Source of the DNA: an uncultured Aeromonadales bacterium
GTDB taxonomy: Bacteria; Pseudomonadota; Gammaproteobacteria; Enterobacterales; Succinivibrionaceae
Reading direction: 5' to 3'
Assembly: GCA_902761645.1 (NCBI GenBank)
Contig: CACWLF010000002.1
Span: 9,535 to 73,534 of the forward strand
DNA length: 64,000 bases
The position numbers and the translations under genes were made by a program. The stretch's first letter is position 1. The number at the start of each line of letters is the position of its first letter. Below the pieces are notes generated by a model. It was given only the letters and a program-made list of their open reading frames with translations, had not been told where the DNA came from and ran no database searches. Positions 30,468-41,032 of the stretch are shown here, one piece after another.

Positions 30468-32549
30468 ATGAAATTACGTAGAACAAAAATTGGTCTATTG
30501 GTAGGATTGGCAACTTTAGCTGGTGCTTGTTTACCTGCTGATGCTGCTAGACTTCAACAGGTAAGAGTAAATCCGTTGATGGCAGGACAGACTGCTATTG
30601 AGTTTGAATTCGATGGCAGTGTTTCTTACACTGATGTTTTGAAATATCGTCCTAATTACCTTTTGGTTAATGTAGCAGATTCTCAATCTGATTTTGCCAA
30701 AGATAAGATTGCCATTAACAATGGAACTGTAAAAGATGTTGATATTGGAGCATCCGGAACTGATTTACAATTAAAGGTTGGTTTAAAGGATTTAGTTCCA
30801 TATAAAATTGCTCAGAATGGAAATTCTGTAGTTGTTACATTAGGTCAGGATGGAAAGTCTATAACTGCCAAAGCTAATGCAAATGTAGCTGGAGCAACCA
30901 TTAATTCCATCAATAATGTTGATTTCAGAAAGAATGGAACAGATGAAGGTCTTGTTGTTATCGGTTTGGATAACAATTCAGCAGCAGTTGATGTTTCTCA
31001 GCGTGGTAGTAACAGTGTTCGTGTTAAATTTAATGCCACTGGGGTGAACGCAGATCAGCTGCAGACTTATGATGTAACTGATTTTGGAACACCTGTTAAG
31101 TCAATGCATGTTTCCAAGCAGGGAAATACAGCGATCGTTGACGTTGCATTTAATGGCAGAGTAGATTATAAAACCGAGCAGGATGGCAACAAGTTAGTAT
31201 TAAAGATTAGCAAGAAGAAGGAAGTCAAGAAAGATATGCCAAAGTATAATGGCAAGCCAATTTCTTTAAACTTCCAGGATGTTCCTGTAAGAACAGTTCT
31301 TCAGTTGATTGCTGATTTCAATAATTTTAACCTGGTAACTACAGATACAGTACGTGGTAATATTACCATCCGTTTGGATAGTGTGCCATGGGAACAAGCT
31401 TTAGAAACTATTTTACGCATTAAAGGCTTGGATAAGCGTCTTGATGGCAATATTCTTCTTGTAGCTCAAGCTAAAGAATTAGCAGATCTTGAAGAGCAAA
31501 AACTGCAAGGTCAAAAGAAGGTTGAAGAATTAGCTCCGCTGGTAACTGAATACGTTCAGGTTAATTATGCAAAAGCTTCAGAAATTTCTAAACTTCTTGC
31601 TGCCGGCGGTGGAGAAAATGGTTCAAACAGAATACTTTCCAACCGTGGTTCTGTGTCTGTTGATCAAAGAACAAATACTTTGATTGTTAAGGATACTGCC
31701 GAGACACTGGATAAGGTTCAGGATTTGGTTAAGAAGCTCGATGTACCTATTAAACAGGTTACGATTGAGGCAAGAATTGTTACTGTCGATGATACTGTGA
31801 CTGATGAATTAGGTGTAAACTGGTCCTTAAGTAAGAATGGAAACAATGATCCTCAGAAGGCGTATTCAATTGCCCACAATTCTACTTTGAATCCATATGG
31901 TACGGATACTGATTCAGGAACTGATACATGGGATCGTACGAATGGTAACGGACATGGTCACTGGATGACTCAGACTGCTTTTGATACCGTATCTACCGGT
32001 ATTGGTCTGTCAATCGGTAAGATTTGGGATAATATCCTGGTTGATATGTATCTTTCTGCTTTGGAAACTGAAAACAAAGCCGAGGTTATTTCTTCTCCAA
32101 GAGTAACAACAGCTGATCAGCAGGAAGCTTTGATCGAACAAGGTGTGGATATTCCTACTGAAGTTTCGACATCTTCCGGTTCTACTTCTACTGAATGGAA
32201 GAAAGCTGTGTTAAGTTTGAAGGTTACACCTCAAATTACTCCTGATAACAGAATTATCCTTGATTTGGTTGTAACTCAGGATACTATGGGTGAGGAAGTT
32301 GCTACCGGAAACGGTCGTTCAAGATCAATCAATACTCAAAGAGTTGAAACTCAGGTATTGGTTGAAAACGGTGAAACTATCGTTTTAGGCGGTATTTATC
32401 AGCAGGAAATCACAAAACGTGTTTCTAAAGTTCCATTGTTAGGTGATATTCCTTACTTAGGAGCCCTCTTCAGATATACCAATAATGCAAATCGTAAGAG
32501 AGAATTGCTCGTATTTGTAACACCTAAGATTGTTATCGATAAGCAGTAA
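30468..32549 (+). CDS. pilQ: type IV pilus secretin PilQ
   Basis: Signal peptide, two AMIN-like N-terminal repeats, N0/N1 domains, and C-terminal secretin motifs VPLLGDIPYLGALFR and ELLVFVTPKIV. Confidence 0.95.
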   Translation: MKLRRTKIGLLVGLATLAGACLPADAARLQQVRVNPLMAGQTAIEFEFDGSVSYTDVLKYRPNYLLVNVADSQSDFAKDKIAINNGTVKDVDIGASGTDLQLKVGLKDLVPYKIAQNGNSVVVTLGQDGKSITAKANANVAGATINSINNVDFRKNGTDEGLVVIGLDNNSAAVDVSQRGSNSVRVKFNATGVNADQLQTYDVTDFGTPVKSMHVSKQGNTAIVDVAFNGRVDYKTEQDGNKLVLKISKKKEVKKDMPKYNGKPISLNFQDVPVRTVLQLIADFNNFNLVTTDTVRGNITIRLDSVPWEQALETILRIKGLDKRLDGNILLVAQAKELADLEEQKLQGQKKVEELAPLVTEYVQVNYAKASEISKLLAAGGGENGSNRILSNRGSVSVDQRTNTLIVKDTAETLDKVQDLVKKLDVPIKQVTIEARIVTVDDTVTDELGVNWSLSKNGNNDPQKAYSIAHNSTLNPYGTDTDSGTDTWDRTNGNGHGHWMTQTAFDTVSTGIGLSIGKIWDNILVDMYLSALETENKAEVISSPRVTTADQQEALIEQGVDIPTEVSTSSGSTSTEWKKAVLSLKVTPQITPDNRIILDLVVTQDTMGEEVATGNGRSRSINTQRVETQVLVENGETIVLGGIYQQEITKRVSKVPLLGDIPYLGALFRYTNNANRKRELLVFVTPKIVIDKQ

Positions 32550-32579
32550 TCTGGTTTTGTATTTTGGTTTTATCAGATT

Positions 32580-32607
32580 AAGCCGGTGCGTAGCATCGGC
32601 TTTTTTT
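32580..32607 (+). terminator. rho-independent terminator after pilQ
   Basis: AAGCCGGTGC / GCATCGGCTT stem with one G-U pair, followed by TTTTTTT. Confidence 0.8.
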
Positions 32608-32689
32608 CGTGATATACCGAAGCAAAAATGTTAAAATAATACTTATTATTAGTGTAAAAATTTATTTAGTAAGAAATAATATATTTAAA

Positions 32690-33208
32690 ATGGCTGATAA
32701 ACGAAATATTTTTTTAATTGGTCCCATGGGTGCAGGGAAAAGCACAATCGGAAAGTATTTGTCTGAATTTTTGCATTTGGAGTATATTGATTCTGATGCG
32801 GAAATTGAAAAAAGAACAGGTGCTGATATATCTTGGGTTTTTGATGTAGAAGGCGAGGAAGGATTTCGTAAACGTGAAGAAGCTGTAATTGATGATCTTA
32901 CTCAAAAACAAGGTATTATATTGGCGACCGGAGGTGGAGCTGTGATAAATGCAAACAACCGCCAGCATTTATCTGCAAGAGGCGTCGTGGTATACTTGCT
33001 CACTCCTGTTCAAACGCAGTATCAAAGAACATTGAAAGATCGACGTCGGCCTTTGCTGCAAACCGTAGATCCGTTAAAAACTCTACAAGAGTTAATGAAT
33101 AAAAGGGAACCTTTATATCAGGAAATTGCCGATTTTGTTATTGATACAAGTAAATTAACTGCAAAAGCTGTTGCACAGAATATAGTTAAAATGATAGAGA
33201 GATCTTAA
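32690..33208 (+). CDS. aroK: shikimate kinase I
   Basis: [22 protein letters not shown] matches the AroK N-terminus. The track start 32609 adds an implausible hydrophobic extension. Confidence 0.95.
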   Translation: MADKRNIFLIGPMGAGKSTIGKYLSEFLHLEYIDSDAEIEKRTGADISWVFDVEGEEGFRKREEAVIDDLTQKQGIILATGGGAVINANNRQHLSARGVVVYLLTPVQTQYQRTLKDRRRPLLQTVDPLKTLQELMNKREPLYQEIADFVIDTSKLTAKAVAQNIVKMIERS

Positions 33209-33210
33209 TA

Positions 33211-34281
33211 GTGAGAACGTTAGTTGTTGATTTGGGAGACAGAAGTTATCCTATACATATTGGAAATGGTTTAATCTCTGAGGTTAATTATTTCAAAGAT
33301 GCAATTAAAAATAAACGTGTAATTATAGTTACCAATGATACAGTTGCTCCATTATATCTTGACAGATTGAAAAATACTCTTTCCGACTATCAGGTGTGTG
33401 AGTGCATATTGCCCGATGGTGAAAAATTCAAAACTTTGGATAGTTTTAATAAAATTATCACTACCATGCTGGAGAATTCACTCGGTCGCGATTGCACTGT
33501 CATAGCGCTGGGAGGCGGTGTGATCGGTGATTTGGCCGGTTTTGCAGCTGCATCCTACCAGCGTGGTGTTGATTTTATTCAGGTGCCAACTACGATCTTA
33601 TCCCAGGTTGACTCGTCCGTTGGTGGTAAAACTGGTGTAAATCATGAACTGGGTAAAAACATGATAGGTGCATTTTATCAGCCTAAGACAGTTGTTATTG
33701 ATTTGAACTGTCTTAAAACTTTGCCTAAGAGAGAGATTTCTGCGGGACTGGCAGAGGTTGTCAAATATGGAATTATTTGGGATTATGATTTCTTTCAGTT
33801 TCTTGAGTCTAATATATCTGGTATTACAGAGCTTGATAATAAGCTTTTGGAACACATGATTTACACATGCTGTTCAATCAAAGCTGAAGTTGTTCATCTT
33901 GATGAACGAGAGGGCGGTGTAAGGGCTTTGCTTAATTTAGGACACACATTCGGACATGCAATCGAATCATATATGGGATATGGAGTATGGCTGCATGGAG
34001 AAGCTGTTGCTGCCGGAATGGTGATTGCAGCAAATGTAGCAAGGTTGAAAGGTTTTGTTGATGCTACCTATACCGAACGAATTAAATCATTATTGGAAAA
34101 AGCCGGATTGCCTGTTGAAGCGCCAAAAGAAATGACCTATAAAGATTTCCTCCAAAAGATGGTACATGATAAAAAGGTTAAGAATGGATGCATCAGGTAT
34201 GTAATTCCGACACAAACAGGAAAATCCGAGGTAATGTCAGACATTTCTGAAGATATTATTGTTAAAGCAATAGAGGGATAA
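33211..34281 (+). CDS. aroB: 3-dehydroquinate synthase
   Basis: GTG start. LGDRSYPIHIG, GGGVIGDLAGFAAASYQRGV and LNLGHTFGHA motifs. Confidence 0.95.
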   Translation: MRTLVVDLGDRSYPIHIGNGLISEVNYFKDAIKNKRVIIVTNDTVAPLYLDRLKNTLSDYQVCECILPDGEKFKTLDSFNKIITTMLENSLGRDCTVIALGGGVIGDLAGFAAASYQRGVDFIQVPTTILSQVDSSVGGKTGVNHELGKNMIGAFYQPKTVVIDLNCLKTLPKREISAGLAEVVKYGIIWDYDFFQFLESNISGITELDNKLLEHMIYTCCSIKAEVVHLDEREGGVRALLNLGHTFGHAIESYMGYGVWLHGEAVAAGMVIAANVARLKGFVDATYTERIKSLLEKAGLPVEAPKEMTYKDFLQKMVHDKKVKNGCIRYVIPTQTGKSEVMSDISEDIIVKAIEG

Positions 34282-34289
34282 CTGCAGTA

Positions 34290-36167
34290 ATGATTAATGG
34301 AGGAAAATTATTACTATCTCAAATAGAAATAATTAAGGGAATTATTTCTCAGATTTCCCGCAGACCAAGCTTTATTGTTATCAATGGAGAGATTGGGGCA
34401 GGAAAAACCACTATTTGTGAGGCAATAATTTCCTACTTCCAAAAAAAAAGTCAGAAAAACATATTGGGTTTTTCCGGGTTGACTGCTGATCCTCTTCAAA
34501 TAAGAAATAATCTGATTAAAGGCTTTTTCAATTGTACAAACTTTGATGAGAGTGAAAAACTTTCTGTTACATGCCAAATGTTTGACATTGCAAGAACAGA
34601 TGGATTGTTGATTATAGATTCTGTTGATTGTATTGAAGATCAAAAATTTGCAGAAGAACTGTATAGCTTTTTTGATGAATACAAAGATAGTCTTCACCTC
34701 TCAATTATTGTATCAACAAGCAGATTATTGTCTAATTTATTGTATAATGATGATCTAGATTGTGTTGTAGAGTATACAATTCCCCATTTGAATGTCAGAG
34801 ACAAGAAGAATTTATTAAAATATTATTTAGAAAAAAAATTCTTGTCTCAGCTTGAAAATCAGGATTATTTAATAGGCTTAATTGAAAATTGCGGCACTTT
34901 ACCCGCTGAAATTGTAAAATTTGTGGAGAATAATGAAATGTCAGGAATGAATTTTAACGAAGATGATCTAGATAATAAGAACAATGCATCTCCAGAAACT
35001 ATCGTTCCAAATAATGAACATGAGGAAAGAGTGGTTAAGCACGTAATAGCAAAGCCTACCGGACCTAATAAAACAGTAGTGATAGCCGTTGCTGTTGTAC
35101 TGTCGCTTGTTCTAATTGGAATTGTTTCGCTGCTGCTTAAAAAACAGAATATATCCAATCCTGAAGAGGTCGTTGTGGCGCAGCAGAAACCGGTTAAGCA
35201 GATAGAGACAGTCATTGATAGTGCAAGCATTAATGGACATTCTGAGCAGGATGGTGAAGATGATGCTCTTGAAAATCAGATGATTGATAATATGATGTCC
35301 GGCAGTAATGATATAAATATTGATGCACCTATTGCCAAAACAAAGGACAATGAAGGTGATCCGAAAGAAATAAATGTTGCTGCGAATGACGTCGCGAACG
35401 ATTCAATTCAGAAAATTGAACAAGTTGAAAACGATTTAAAAGCGCAGGTTAAAACTGCCGAGAATAAGATTGACGAGCAAAGCAAGGCTTTGCAGCAGAA
35501 GGTTAATGATGTTGAGAATAATGTAAATGCCGCGTTGGAACAACAGAATAATAAGAAGGAATCTGTACAGAATAACCAGCCAGAAGTGGCAGAAATCAAC
35601 AAGGAGCAAAAGACTGAAAATAATTCTCAGCCGGTGAATGATCCAAAAGCTGCATCAGCAGAAAAGCCTAAAGTTGATGCAGATAAAAAAGAGCTGAAGG
35701 AAAAGGACAAATTAACAAATAAACCGGATGCGAAGACTGTTGCAAAAACTGAATCAAAGCCTGTTGCAAAGCCGGAAACTAAAAAAGAAACTGCTAAAAC
35801 TGAGCAGAAGGTTGCAAAAAATGATACAAAAGTTCAATCCAATACATCTCTTAAAGTTGGTGAGGTAAAGTCGTTTGCAGAACTGTCAAATAACAAACCG
35901 GCAGCTAATGATAAACCTAATGCAGCCCCTTCTGCGAAGAATTTCGTTGTACAGGTGGCATGTTCCGCCAACAAGGCTGATTTGCAGGCAAAGCGCAGCA
36001 AATACGGAGACGGAGCATTTATTTATGAAAGAAATAATAATGCATTGAAATATGTTCTGGTTGTTGGTTATTTTGCAACACAGAAAGACGCTGCAAACGC
36101 TGCTAAAAAAATTGGTAACGGTGCGTTTACCAAATCAATGGCTGCGGTGAATAAAGAACGCATTTAG
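34290..36167 (+). CDS. DamX-position protein: ExeA-like P-loop domain, TM helix, low-complexity K/E/Q/N-rich linker, C-terminal SPOR domain
   Basis: Walker A GEIGAGKTT (34386-34412). Walker-B-like LLIIDSVD. TM VVIAVAVVLSLVLIGIVSLLL. C-terminal FVVQVACSANKADL...VVGYFATQKDAANA SPOR-like fold. Sits between aroB and rpe. Confidence 0.75.
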   Translation: MINGGKLLLSQIEIIKGIISQISRRPSFIVINGEIGAGKTTICEAIISYFQKKSQKNILGFSGLTADPLQIRNNLIKGFFNCTNFDESEKLSVTCQMFDIARTDGLLIIDSVDCIEDQKFAEELYSFFDEYKDSLHLSIIVSTSRLLSNLLYNDDLDCVVEYTIPHLNVRDKKNLLKYYLEKKFLSQLENQDYLIGLIENCGTLPAEIVKFVENNEMSGMNFNEDDLDNKNNASPETIVPNNEHEERVVKHVIAKPTGPNKTVVIAVAVVLSLVLIGIVSLLLKKQNISNPEEVVVAQQKPVKQIETVIDSASINGHSEQDGEDDALENQMIDNMMSGSNDINIDAPIAKTKDNEGDPKEINVAANDVANDSIQKIEQVENDLKAQVKTAENKIDEQSKALQQKVNDVENNVNAALEQQNNKKESVQNNQPEVAEINKEQKTENNSQPVNDPKAASAEKPKVDADKKELKEKDKLTNKPDAKTVAKTESKPVAKPETKKETAKTEQKVAKNDTKVQSNTSLKVGEVKSFAELSNNKPAANDKPNAAPSAKNFVVQVACSANKADLQAKRSKYGDGAFIYERNNNALKYVLVVGYFATQKDAANAAKKIGNGAFTKSMAAVNKERI

Positions 36168-36190
36168 TTTATATATTAAGGTTTGACGGG

Positions 36191-36223
36191 TGGCTAAAGG
36201 TTGATAACTTTTAGCCATTTTTT
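36191..36223 (+). terminator. rho-independent terminator after the damX-like gene
   Basis: TGGCTAAAGG / CTTTTAGCCA stem followed by TTTTTTG. Confidence 0.7.
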
Positions 36224-36326
36224 GTTCTACCTGATTTTTTGATTTAGCATATGAATAAATATCAGTTAAGTCTGCATAATTGTTTGGTATAATTGTCTTA
36301 TGCCTGTAATGAATTACGGAGTTGAA

Positions 36327-36995
36327 ATGAAGAACGAATATTGGATTGCTCCATCAATTTTATCTGCAAATTTTGCAAAACTGGGTGAAGAGGTTGATAA
36401 TGTTTTATCTGCCGGTGCCGACATTATCCATTTTGATGTAATGGATAATCACTATGTACCTAATCTAACAATAGGTCCTCTTGTGTGTGAGGCTCTCAGG
36501 AAGTATGGTGTACGATGCCCTATAGATGTTCATTTAATGGTTGAACCTGTTGATGATCTGGTGCCTATGTTTGCCAAAGCAGGAGCTTCTTTTATTACAT
36601 TTCATCCTGAGGCCACAAGACATATTGATAGAACACTGCAGCTTATAAAATCGTTCGATTTGAAAGCAGGTCTGGTTTTTAATCCTGCAACTCCTTTATC
36701 TTATCTGGATTATGTGCTGGATAAGCTTGATATTATCATGCTTATGTCTGTAAATCCAGGTTTTGGCGGTCAGAGCTTTATTCCGAGTACTCTTGACAAG
36801 TTGGTACAGGTAAGAAAAATCATTGATCAGTCCAAACTGAATATCAGGCTTGAGGTTGACGGAGGAGTTAAGGTTTCAAATATTGCGGAAATAGCACGTG
36901 CCGGTGCTGATACTTTTGTTGCCGGATCTGCAATATTCGGGCAGGATGATTATAAAAGAGTAATCAATGAATTTCGTGAAAATTTAAAAAATTAA
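36327..36995 (+). CDS. rpe: ribulose-phosphate 3-epimerase
   Basis: [42 protein letters not shown] and VDGG motifs. SD GGAG 6 nt before ATG 36327. Confidence 0.95.
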   Translation: MKNEYWIAPSILSANFAKLGEEVDNVLSAGADIIHFDVMDNHYVPNLTIGPLVCEALRKYGVRCPIDVHLMVEPVDDLVPMFAKAGASFITFHPEATRHIDRTLQLIKSFDLKAGLVFNPATPLSYLDYVLDKLDIIMLMSVNPGFGGQSFIPSTLDKLVQVRKIIDQSKLNIRLEVDGGVKVSNIAEIARAGADTFVAGSAIFGQDDYKRVINEFRENLKN

Positions 36996-37696
36996 TGTCA
37001 GCGAAGTTTATGGAACTACATAATAAGATTGAACTGCTTATCTTTGATCTTGACGGTACCCTGGCAGACACTGTTCCTCAGATTGCGTTATCTGTCAAAA
37101 GAGCTCTTGAAAAAAATAGTATTTTATTTCCAGGAGAAGATCGGATTAGAGGATTTGTTGGCAACGGAGCTGATAAATTGCTTCAAAGAGCAATGACAAA
37201 CAAGTTTGAAGTAACTGATGCTGATTTTGATCCTGAACTGTTTCAGAAACTCCGTATTGATTACTTTAAAATTTATATGGAGGAAATCGGTAATCATTTT
37301 TCCTTGTATCCGAATGTAGAAGATACATTGATTTTTTTAAAGAAATCAAATTTTAAACTTGCCATAGCAACCAATAAACCTGATATTTATATTCGCCCAT
37401 GGCTGACTGCGGCAAATTTGGAGAATATATTTGATTTAACTGTTGGCAGCGGTGTGTTGTCAACTAGAAAGCCTGATCCCGAAATACTGTTTTATGTATG
37501 CAATAAATTAGGTGTGAGTCATGAACATTCATTAATGGTTGGTGATTCCTCAAACGATATTATTGCGGCTCAAAATGCAAAAATGCGATCTGTAGGATTA
37601 ACATATGGATATAATTACAGTAAGCCTATTAAATTGTTCAATCCGACATATGTGCTTGATGATTTTAGTAAAATTAAAGAAATTGTAATAGGATAA
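36995..37696 (+). CDS. gph: phosphoglycolate phosphatase (HAD)
   Basis: [10 protein letters not shown] motif I, TNKP motif [12 protein letters not shown] motif IV. rpe-gph-trpS order as in E. coli. Confidence 0.88.
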   Translation: MSAKFMELHNKIELLIFDLDGTLADTVPQIALSVKRALEKNSILFPGEDRIRGFVGNGADKLLQRAMTNKFEVTDADFDPELFQKLRIDYFKIYMEEIGNHFSLYPNVEDTLIFLKKSNFKLAIATNKPDIYIRPWLTAANLENIFDLTVGSGVLSTRKPDPEILFYVCNKLGVSHEHSLMVGDSSNDIIAAQNAKMRSVGLTYGYNYSKPIKLFNPTYVLDDFSKIKEIVIG

Positions 37697-37704
37697 AACC
37701 TTAT

Positions 37705-38709
37705 ATGTCTAAAGAAATTGTTTTTAGCGGCGCTCAGCCTTCCGGTGAGTTGTCAATCGGTAATTACATTGGAGCCTTGCGTCAGTGGGTATCAATGCAG
37801 GATAGTTATGACAGTATTTATTGTGTAGTTGACGAACATGCTATCACTGTTCGGCAGGATCCAAAAAAACTGCACGAGGCATGTTTCAACACTTTGGCCG
37901 TGTATTTGGCTATTGGTATAGATCCGGAAAAAAGTACAGTGTTTTTACAGTCTCATGTTCCTGAACATGCTGAATTAGGATGGATTTTAAACTGTTATTC
38001 TCAGATGGGGGAACTGTCACGAATGACTCAGTTTAAAGACAAATCAGCCCGTTATGAAAATAATGTGACTGTAGGTCTTTTTGATTATCCATGCTTAATG
38101 GCTGCCGATATTCTTTTGTATAAAACTAATCTGGTACCTGTCGGTATAGATCAGAAACAGCATTTGGAATTAACGTGTGATATAGCTGAACGTTTCAATA
38201 ATCTTTACGGACCTGTTTTTACATTGCCTAAACCTTTTATTCCTGAGCATGGAGCTAAAATTATGAGTCTTCAGAATCCGGAAAAGAAAATGAGTAAATC
38301 GGACGATAACAGAAATAATGTAATTACTTTATTGGAAGAGCCGAAATCCATTGTTAAGAAAATCAAGCGTGCAGTAACAGATTCGGATGAACCGCCTGTT
38401 GTTCGCTATGATAAAGTAAATAAACCAGGTGTTTCCAATTTGCTTGATTTGATGAGTTCTGTGACTAATATACCTATTAGCCAGCTGGAACAGCACTTCG
38501 AAGGAAAAATGTACGGTCATCTCAAAGGAGAAGTTGCTGATGCTGTTGTTGCATTTCTGGAACCTGTACAGAAGAAATATGCTGAATTGCGCTCCAATGA
38601 AGATTATTTACTGCAGGTATTCAGGAAAGGTGCCGAAAAAGCACGCATCAGAGCAAGTCAGACTTTGAAAGAAGTTCAAAAGACTATTGGTTTTATTGTA
38701 AAAGATTAA
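37705..38709 (+). CDS. trpS: tryptophan--tRNA ligase
   Basis: [18 protein letters not shown] (HIGH-type region) and KMSKS at about aa 195. 334 aa. Confidence 0.96.
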   Translation: MSKEIVFSGAQPSGELSIGNYIGALRQWVSMQDSYDSIYCVVDEHAITVRQDPKKLHEACFNTLAVYLAIGIDPEKSTVFLQSHVPEHAELGWILNCYSQMGELSRMTQFKDKSARYENNVTVGLFDYPCLMAADILLYKTNLVPVGIDQKQHLELTCDIAERFNNLYGPVFTLPKPFIPEHGAKIMSLQNPEKKMSKSDDNRNNVITLLEEPKSIVKKIKRAVTDSDEPPVVRYDKVNKPGVSNLLDLMSSVTNIPISQLEQHFEGKMYGHLKGEVADAVVAFLEPVQKKYAELRSNEDYLLQVFRKGAEKARIRASQTLKEVQKTIGFIVKD

Positions 38710-38725
38710 TTTAAGGAGTAATGAA

Positions 38726-39946
38726 ATGACTGATATTACAAGAGAAATGTTTGATCAATATTATTTTCCTATGTTTACTCCTCCTCAATTTGTTCTGGTT
38801 AAAGGTAAAGGAAGCAGATTGTGGGATCAGGAAGGAAAAGAGTATATTGATTTGTCCGGCGGTATTGCTGTAAATGCGCTGGGACATTGTGATGATAGAC
38901 TGGTTGAGACTATTCGTGAGCAGGCAGGAAAGCTATGGCATGTAAGCAACCTGATGACCAATGAACCTGTTATTTCTGTTGCAAAGCAACTGGTTGAGGA
39001 AACTTTTGCCGACAAGGTTTTTTTCTGTAATTCAGGTGCTGAGGCTAATGAAGCGGCTTTAAAGCTGGCTCGCCGATATGCTTTGGATAAATATGGTGTT
39101 GAAAAAGATGAAATCATTTCTTTTACCCAATCTTTTCATGGAAGAACATTGTTTACTGTAACTGTAGGCGGACAGCATCATTATTCCGATGGTTTCGGCC
39201 CTAACCCTACAGCTATTACCCATATTCCTTATAATGATATTGAAATACTAAAAAACACTATAAGTGAAAAAACATGCGCGGTGATGCTTGAACCGATTCA
39301 GGGAGAAGGTGGTATTATTCCTGCTGATCCTGAGTTTTTAAAGCAGGTTAGAGAATTATGTGATAAATATCATGCACTTTTAATATTTGATGAAGTTCAG
39401 ACAGGTAATGCAAGAACAGGTAAACTGTATGCTTATATGCATTATGGTGTTGCTCCGGATATTTTATCAACAGCAAAAGGTTTGGCAGGCGGTTTCCCTA
39501 TTGGTGCTATTTTGGCTACCAAGGAAGTTGCATCTGTATTTACACCTGGAGTTCATGGAACAACTTTCGGCGGAAATCCTTTAGCCTGTGCTGTTGCAAA
39601 TAAGGTTATTGAAATTATTAAACAGCCTGATTTTCTTGACGGTGTTAACACGAGAAGTAAATGGTTCTTTGAACGCTTGAACGAAATTAATAATAAATAT
39701 CAATGTTTCAGCGAAATCAGAGGTAAAGGACTACTGATCGGAGCTGTGTTAAAATCAGAGTACGAAGGTCAGTCTGCGAAGTTACTTAAAGCTGCTATCG
39801 ATCATAATTTACTGGTACTTGTAGCAGGAAAAAATGTAGTGCGTTTTGCCCCGGCTTTAAATATTACAAAAGATGAGTTTGATGCTGGTATGCAGAAATT
39901 TGAATTGGCAGTTGAGGATTTCATCAACAGTCATAACAACAAATAA
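38726..39946 (+). CDS. argD: acetylornithine/succinyldiaminopimelate aminotransferase (class III PLP)
   Basis: [24 protein letters not shown] and [14 protein letters not shown] (PLP lysine) motifs. 406 aa. ArgD versus AstC cannot be separated by eye. Confidence 0.8.
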   Translation: MTDITREMFDQYYFPMFTPPQFVLVKGKGSRLWDQEGKEYIDLSGGIAVNALGHCDDRLVETIREQAGKLWHVSNLMTNEPVISVAKQLVEETFADKVFFCNSGAEANEAALKLARRYALDKYGVEKDEIISFTQSFHGRTLFTVTVGGQHHYSDGFGPNPTAITHIPYNDIEILKNTISEKTCAVMLEPIQGEGGIIPADPEFLKQVRELCDKYHALLIFDEVQTGNARTGKLYAYMHYGVAPDILSTAKGLAGGFPIGAILATKEVASVFTPGVHGTTFGGNPLACAVANKVIEIIKQPDFLDGVNTRSKWFFERLNEINNKYQCFSEIRGKGLLIGAVLKSEYEGQSAKLLKAAIDHNLLVLVAGKNVVRFAPALNITKDEFDAGMQKFELAVEDFINSHNNK

Positions 39947-40030
39947 GTGTAAACGCAAAGATAAATTATTAAAAGCTCTTTGATCAGAAGTTTTCTTGGA
40001 TTGAAGAGTTTTGTTATTTTGTGGTGATAA

Positions 40031-40066
40031 AATAAAAAGCGCTGATTTCATCAGCGCTTCATTTTA
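40031..40066. terminator. bidirectional terminator between convergent argD and crp
   Basis: AAGCGCTGA / TCAGCGCTT stem with a 5-nt loop. A-run upstream gives a strong T-run for crp on the minus strand. CATTTT lies downstream. Confidence 0.8.
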
Positions 40067-40088
40067 CATTATTTCAGAACTAACAGGA

Positions 40089-40727
40089 TTATCGTGTTCC
40101 GTAAACAACAATTGTTTTACCATGAGCAGAAATATTGCCTTGATCTTCGAGCATCTTTAATATTCTGCCTACCGTTTCTCTTGAACATCCGACAATCTGA
40201 CCAATTTCCTGGCGGGTAATCTTTATTTGCATTCCATCAGGGTGTGTCAGAGCATCAGGCTGATGTGCAAGATTCAACAAAGTCTGAGCAATACGACCCG
40301 CAACATCTAAAAATGCTAGATTATTAACTTTTTGAGATGTACTCTGCAATCTACGAGCCATCTGAGCAGACAAACGCATAAGGATATCCGGATTAACCTG
40401 AATCAGCTGTCTGAATTTTTTATAAGAAATTTCAGCAACCTCACAAGGACCTTTTGCTCTTACATAAGCTGTTCTTCTTGGATCTTCAGATTCATCAAAT
40501 AAACCGAGTTCGCCGATAAAGTCACCTTTATTAAGATAGGAAAGAATCATTTCCTTACCTTCTTCATCTTTGATGAGCACTGCTACTGAGCCAGAAATAA
40601 CGTAGTATAATGTATCAGCTTTTTCGCCTTCATGAATAATTGTGCTTTTTGCTGGATACTTCCTTTTATGACTATGCATAATAAACCATTCAGTCGTTGG
40701 ATCTGAAAGAGGTTTTCCTAGTACCAT
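40089..40727 (-). CDS. crp: cAMP receptor protein CRP
   Basis: [15 protein letters not shown]...[50 protein letters not shown] is almost colinear with E. coli [26 protein letters not shown]. Confidence 0.98.
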   Translation of the reverse strand: MVLGKPLSDPTTEWFIMHSHKRKYPAKSTIIHEGEKADTLYYVISGSVAVLIKDEEGKEMILSYLNKGDFIGELGLFDESEDPRRTAYVRAKGPCEVAEISYKKFRQLIQVNPDILMRLSAQMARRLQSTSQKVNNLAFLDVAGRIAQTLLNLAHQPDALTHPDGMQIKITRQEIGQIVGCSRETVGRILKMLEDQGNISAHGKTIVVYGTR

Positions 40728-41032
40728 TTTATTTTCCTTATTATTTTTATATTTAAGCGAACTAATCTATAATGCAGTTATTATACAAAAAAATATCAAG
40801 AAATATTAAGTTTTTTGTAATTTTTTTCATCAATTTTGCCAATATTTGTTAGATTTGAAATATAGATGGTAATCTGACTGTTCATAATAACTGAAGACCT
40901 CAATATTGCCGTGCTGATCCGGTTTTCCTGATATTATTTAATTTTTGAAGTTGTTTTACTAGAGCAAATTATTCCTATGATTCATTAGTTCAATTTTTTT
41001 ATGGTACAATAACGGCAAATTGAGAGGTGGAT

